Shown piece by piece: positions 57,618-64,000 of a stretch of DNA of 64,000 nucleotides (the first letter of the stretch is position 1; every line of letters begins with the position of its first letter). Position numbers and translations under genes: made by a program. The stretch is from Octopus vulgaris (lineage: Eukaryota). The notes beneath the pieces are model-generated. The model was not told the DNA's origin and ran no database searches. It saw nothing but the letters and a program-made list of their open reading frames with translations. Where the stretch lies: positions 102,672,001-102,736,000 of the forward strand of contig OX597815.1 in the NCBI GenBank assembly GCA_951406725.2, read 5' to 3'.

Positions 57618-57964
57618 CATATACATTGTGTGTGTGTGTGTGTGTGTACACACATACACATACACACACATGTGTGTGTGTGTGTGTGTATATAATATAT
57701 ATATGGGTAAATTGTCGCCATTTCATATTTTTAATTCCGCACATGCACATTGTTTGTTTTTGAGTTTATCGAACTACACAGTATAGTAGAGTGAGCTGGG
57801 TACCGTCTGTGAGTAAAGCAGCATCTTATAATTCACTCTGCCAAATATTTGGAAATGAAATGCTGTACTACTTGGCATTCGCGCTAGAAGCTCCAATACA
57901 AACATTTCAGAGAGTTTGGGTGTCAATTTGAGGACAGTAGAATCTGAGGACGTGTACGAAGAGT

Positions 57965-58385
57965 GATAAAAATCAAACATCCGGACAACATCATAGTTTT
58001 TGGAGTGATCGCTAGTGATGGCGACGTTATATCTCCATTCATCTCCCTACACAGCCTCAGACTCAATGCGGAGGCCTACATTAAGTGGCTGGAGTAGGTA
58101 GTGCTGCCCGAGTCAAGAGGGTTGTTGCTGGAAGACACCCTGTCTGGCAACAGGATTCTGTACCATGCCTCAAGTAGGAAAGTCCAGTTATAGCTGTCAG
58201 ACAATTTCTGCGACCACATTACCAATAACATCTGGCCACACAACTCTTCAGACAGCAACACCCTTAATTATTATGCGTGGGAGGCAGTTGTGTGTGTGAA
58301 AAACAAAACAACTTGTAACACCAAAGATGAACTGAAGGCAAGGATTATGGCAGCATTCACCAAATTAAACAAGAAGACAGTCCAT
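57965..58385 (+). mobile_element. maT/DD37D-like transposase remnant
   Basis: KHPDNIIVFGVIASDGDVISPFI...LRLNAEAYIKWLE...VWQQDSVPC...NIWPHNSSDSNTLNYYAWEAV...CNTKDELKARI. Confidence 0.82.
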
Positions 58386-60366
58386 TTATTTATTTATATT
58401 TATATTTATATTTATATATATGTATGTACATGTATATGTACGTGCATATGTATATATCTATTATATACAATCTGTTCTGTCTGTGTGTGTGTATGTGTGT
58501 CTTCTAGGATCTCGCGCATCCTCCATTCGATTGCGCTCAGTATCAGGGTGTGTATAAGTCTTGAAACAATTACAAAAATCGATTCCAGATGAGAATGCGA
58601 TCGATAAAGCTGTGGGAACGTGCATTTGTACGCGCAAGTACATCAGCTCTTACTATGTACTTATTGGTACTTTAAACTCTTCGGTTGCATATTTGTGAGA
58701 ATAAAATCGTATTTCCTTGGAATAGAAAAAAGTCTATTTTTATTTCTTCATTTACTGGTGTCTCAAATTTAGGTTAAATCAGTGTTTCTCAAAGGGGAAG
58801 CCTATGGGACGGTCGGACAAGTTGTTTTGAGAAAATTTGGTTTAAATGTTTGACAACTCAGCACCGACGATTGGACTGGGTGGGGGGTGTGGTGCGTTTG
58901 GCTCGTATATGTATATACGTGATTGTGTGTATATAAGTATATAGATACGCACACACATACATATATATGTTCACACATATATATTTATATGTACATATAT
59001 ACATATATACATATCTATATAACATTCCTTTCTAATTGTGGATTCTGGTAGAGGGACAAAGCCGATTACATAGACCCAGTGCTACATTGGTATTTATTTT
59101 TCGACGCACAAAGGATGTAATACAAAGTCGACCTCTGCGGAATTTGAACTTAGAATGTAAAGAAGGACGAAATGCCGTTAAACGTATTACCTTGCATAAT
59201 ATTAACATCTATTTACATATTAATCTTGAGTATTATCATTGCAGGTTTGTTCAGCCGAGGTTTAGTAGTGGAGACAAGCTCCATTTAGTAATAAAGTGAT
59301 TATCATGGCTTGCACAACATTTTTTTTCCAGAACGAAGTCCTAACCATCTTGTGCTAGTTCCCCCCTAACAAATCAAGTGGAACTGCTTCTGCTGACACT
59401 GAACAATCGATGGTGGGTTTGGCACCATTAAACTTATTGTTTAAGTTGGATGGAACTCGTAAACCTGGGAAAGTAGTTTATCCGAAAAACTAATTTCAAA
59501 TCTCCAGTGATTTGAGGTCATATATACGCAAACGTCTGTGAAAACAATGATGCTCAGCTATATCGGCCTTTAACCTTCAAATGGGTAATAGCAATGACAT
59601 GGAGAGGGAAAACTTGCTTCACGGGCGTTTGCCTTGGAGAGGACACGCCATCCTCGTTTATCCACCGTGAGGCAAGATGGAAAACAGCAAGCTGCAGCTT
59701 TTAAAACTGTGCTCACTTGGCGTAGTACAAGTCTCCAAAGCTTAACTGCAACGGAAAGAGAGGCCATAATGTATCACTGGTGCGCTAACTTAAATGAATG
59801 CATTATACTATGCATTTACTGTGCATACTAGAATAAACGCATTGATATTCTTACTCCTTTGTTGCTATATTTTGCCACTCCCAACTGAAATTGTAATTAT
59901 TGGTACCCATTCTATCATCTTCCAAATGCAGAAACGGTAAATGTGGTCCCAGAACAATAATGCCTCACCATACTTCCAATATGTTGATTATTTGCATTGA
60001 CTTCTCAATAACTGATTCAAGGTATAAAAATAATCATTCCCAGTTTCTAACAGAATAGTTTACTGAACATCAAGTAAGCGTCATATTCAATTCTCATTCA
60101 GTAGCTAATTTATTCTTGTAAGCTGAATTCATCCGTTTTCTTTTTCTAAAAATGTAAAATATTAGTTACCTTTGCTAAAATATACTTGCCTTTTATATCC
60201 GAGGGAATACATCTAATCATTTTACTGTAAAGCTTACACAAAGATACAGGATAGCAAACTCCTTTTGTAATTTTTATGACAAGGCAGAACTAAAACTTCA
60301 TAATCTATAGCTTAGAAATTCTAGTCAACCATTCAGCGTCATATATTTTTTTGTATCATCGCTGCT

Positions 60367-60590
60367 GTGCAGTTACTGCTACTGTTCTTCCTACACTATC
60401 TCCATACTATCCATCAACATCACCACAACTGCAAACACTACCAACATCACCACAATAAATACAACCCATTAAATTCACCACCACTACCACCGTCACTGCC
60501 ACCACCGCGGACGCCGCAGCCGCCGCAGCCGCCGCCACTACTGTCACTACTACTACTACTACTACTACTAGTACTACCACTACCACCACC

Positions 60591-60660
<70 letters not shown>

Positions 60661-60663
60661 TAA
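60367..60663. repeat. Compound trinucleotide tract (CAC/GCC/CTA)n
   Basis: Seen directly; it accounts for the poly-L and poly-V ORFs. Confidence 0.9.
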
Positions 60664-60730
60664 TAGTATATATATAAGGAGAGAGATAAAATTTGGAAAT
60701 GGATGCTTGGCGTTCACTCATATAATAATA

Positions 60731-61351
60731 CTAGCAGTATCGCCCGGCGTTGCTCGGGTTTGTAAGGGAAATAACTATATAAGCATTAAAAAAGTAGCAA
60801 AAAATGCATTAAAAATGGAAAAAATATGATGGTAAATTTTTTTTTAAATCGTTGACTCATCGTAGACATTTTTAGAGAGTTACTTCCCTTATATAATAGC
60901 GAAAAAATGCATTAAAATGGAAAAAAAACGATGGTAATTTTTTTTTTAAATCGTAGACTCATGTAGACGCTTTCATAGCCATTTCTGTTTTGGTGTCTTC
61001 AAGCCATGAAGTCGTTGTTCTAAAAGAACGCTGGTCTCCTTGACAACGCATTACGACGTTGATTTCCTTACACTCCCTTCCCCACAGGTGCAGGTGTGAG
61101 CGTGGACGCCAACTCCGCCGCCATCGACACACGAAAAATTATGCATTAAAATGGAATAAAAAATGATGTTAAATTATTTTTAAAATCGTAGACTCATCGT
61201 AGACGCGCGCTAATACTCAGACGGGCTCGATATGAATCACGACTATAAGCTACCCGAATTTGGTTAAACTGCACCGCAAAATGTGGGAGTAGTTAGGAAT
61301 CTAAATCGAAGGGGACAGACACTCACACAACTACAGTTTTATATATATAGA
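60731..61351 (-). mobile_element. Complete non-autonomous Helitron (about 620 bp)
   Basis: Minus strand reads A|TCTATATATATAAAACTG...CCCGAGCAACGCCGGG-CGATACTG-CTAG|T: 5' TC, subterminal hairpin, 3' CTAG, AT target and no TSD. An internal unit (AAATGCATTAAAATGGAA...AAATCGTAGACTCAT) occurs three times. Confidence 0.92.
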
Positions 61352-61357
61352 TATACA

Positions 61358-61927
61358 TAGCGCAGTAGTGGTGAGATGTGACAGCAAAGAAAAGCATACA
61401 TTCACTCTCTGCATGCAATTAGACTCGGAAAGTTCGTGAGGAACCCATTGACCCAATTTGCTGACTTTTCCGATAGCACACAGGTCTCAATAAATGGTTG
61501 AATGACCAAATCCAAGCTTCTCTGCTAGTTCCTCAACAGTTACGATGAGATTTTGTTCCACCAGGGTTTTCAGGATGTCCTTGTCGAGTTCTACAGATCT
61601 TTCAGGATGAGGCTCGTCTTCTAGGCTGTAGTTTATGGCTCGGAATTTCTGGAACCACCATTGACACTGCCTTACGCTTATTGTCCAATCCCCATATACT
61701 GCATTAATATTTCTTGTACTTTCCGTTGCGTTGTTGTCTTTATTGAACTCATAAAGCAAAATATGCCAAATATGCTCCTTTGTTACTTCCAACATAGCTT
61801 TGAAAAAAATAGCTGTTAAAATCGAAATGCACTCTTCAAAACTTGCACTATGAATAAGGACAAGATAAAATTACTACCTGCTTTTATAGCAAGTTAATAT
61901 AAGTAGTTTATCCCATTCCCCTCTGAC
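61358..61927 (-). mobile_element. Mariner 5' half
   Basis: ORF 61487..61795 (HILLYEFNKD...VRQCQWWFQKFR...LEDEPHPER), then VSKLGQWVPHELS; it runs into the gap. Confidence 0.9.
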
Positions 61928-62027
61928 NNNNNNNNNNNNNNNNNNNNNNNNNNNNNNNNNNNNNNNNNNNNNNNNNNNNNNNNNNNNNNNNNNNNNNNNN
62001 NNNNNNNNNNNNNNNNNNNNNNNNNNN
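61928..62027. other. Assembly gap (100 N)
   Basis: Run of N. Confidence 1.
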
Positions 62028-62157
62028 GAATTGATAAAGGGTGTTTTTTTTTTCTAATTTATATATATAATATTTTGTGAAATTTGATTTAGTATTTCTA
62101 AATTGAATTTTTCCCTGTAAGTTTGGAATATTCCCTTATATTATTATTATATTTATA

Positions 62158-62272
<115 letters not shown>

Positions 62273-63289
62273 AATATATACGTATATATATATATATATA
62301 TATATACAAATATGTATATACATATACACACGCGCACACATACACACACATATATATGCAATAATAAAAGATAAATTTAAAAAAAAATTATCTTTTGTCA
62401 GCATATAAAAAAATAAAATCATAATTGGGGCGTAAAAAAAAATTCTAGCCTATATGCTGAAAATAGATGCTAAATCGTCTCACCACTTTAAAAATCACAA
62501 ATTTACACACGTGTTGAAATCGAGGGAGCAAGCTAACGACAGTTAATAACAATATGGATTAGCTAATTTAGGGATTTGCCCAGTGACATTTCCTCATCAG
62601 TAGAACATACATACAGGAAGTAAATGAGACAGTTGTACATACCCACAGAAAAGTAAACGCAAAACCATAAATACATATAAATATCCCAGATACCTCCAGC
62701 AACTAATTCCACGGCTTAGCACAGCACATGAGTATTCGATCGCAGTAGCACATGTGCTGAGGAAAGCCGCGGAATTTGGAGTGTTCTGAAGTATATTATG
62801 AACTGTATATTTAATAAGATGTACATGTCTGAATAGCTGTAGAGCGGATTATATACTCAGTTTGACTACATATATTACCCAAATATCATTCTGCCAGTAC
62901 GTCTGTGCCAAGGTTGGTATTCACATAAAAATTGTTGTGTACATTTTATTCTGAACTGACAATGTGCCTCAAGTCTAAGTACCTTATTGAACTGAGTCTG
63001 GGTGCCACAATTTTACGTACCCTATTCAACTGAGTCTGGGTCACCCAGACTACATAATGAATGCAATATAACATGTTGAACCGTGTTCTAACCATGAGGG
63101 ACAGTAGCAGCATGGGTCGAAACGGTCGTTGTATAAAATTAAGATTAATACTAAATCCATCTTCTGGTTGCTTAATCAATTATCATTATCTCAGCTAATA
63201 CTGCGGAGCTCCTGAAGTGTGCCCAACAGAAATATACCTCAACAGCAGATACCAGGTCGTAATCGATGTAGCAATCAAACAAGGTTTGA

Positions 63290-63892
63290 CAGATCTTCAC
63301 ACGCTTGCACTTATGCGTATCGGTAATTCCCTTCTGGCCTTCATGTCGCATAGAATTTACTGAAGTGAAGGAAGGTTATTGTGAATGATTTCGTATGCAG
63401 CACCAAGGATTATTTGCAGAGAATATACCACTTCACCGATGGTGAATCGCTGGTTTCACCAAAAACATCTTTGAAGCTTTTTGAATTATCACGTCAGTAC
63501 TGGAGATTGATCGACGTTCTCTTCCCTCTTCATGCTTCACGATTCTGTGGCTCATTTTAAACTTCTCAATCCACTCATACACACTTCTAAGCACTACAGC
63601 ATTGTCCACGTATTTTACTGAAAGCCTCCGATGAATTTTAGCCCCTGACACACTTTCAGACCATGGAAATCGGATCAATGATTTTTGTTCTTCCTTGGTA
63701 CACACTTCCAGCGGAACGGCCATGTTTACACTGAAACACACACACACACACAAAATCTAGAGACATCAAGGTCAAACGATGGTTACGTAACCGCATGCAT
63801 ACCACTTTCTGGCGTGCGATCTCTGAATTCGGTGCGGCTAACTTAAAGAAAGTTTTGGTAAGTGTGCGAATAATTTTTGACTTTCCCTAGTG
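63290..63892 (-). mobile_element. Mariner 5' remnant (another family)
   Basis: CTKEEQKSLIRFPWSESVSGAKIHRRLSVKY...RSVYEWIEKFK (mariner HTH); TIR-like AGGGAAAGTCAAAAATTATTCGCACACT on the minus strand at about 63861-63889. Confidence 0.82.
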
Positions 63893-63894
63893 GA

Positions 63895-63995
<101 letters not shown>

Positions 63996-64000
63996 GTATA

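Overview
Eukaryotic, very AT-rich, microsatellite-saturated intronic or intergenic DNA. The repeat landscape suggests a cephalopod (octopus-like) genome, which is my inference. I find no intact host protein-coding gene, and most supplied ORFs are microsatellite artefacts. The real coding signal comes from decayed transposons: two RLE-type (R4/Dong-like) non-LTR elements, three Penelope-like (GIY-YIG) remnants, an RTE 3' end, an L1/Tx1-like ORF1, several mariner and maT-like DNA transposons, non-autonomous Helitrons, and at least five tRNA-derived SINE families. There is a 100-N assembly gap at 61928-62027. The most interesting structure is a composite at 8302-12085: two head-to-head copies of a tRNA-head + (AAT)n + hammerhead-like-tail SINE, bounded by one 10-bp direct repeat, with a 3-kb Dong/R4-like LINE inserted into the SINE's own (AAT)n tract. 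The window also holds several type I hammerhead-ribozyme-like motifs with palindromic stem III, and several long, slightly diverged fold-back palindromes next to (TA)n tracts. All coordinates and alignments were read by eye and are approximate.
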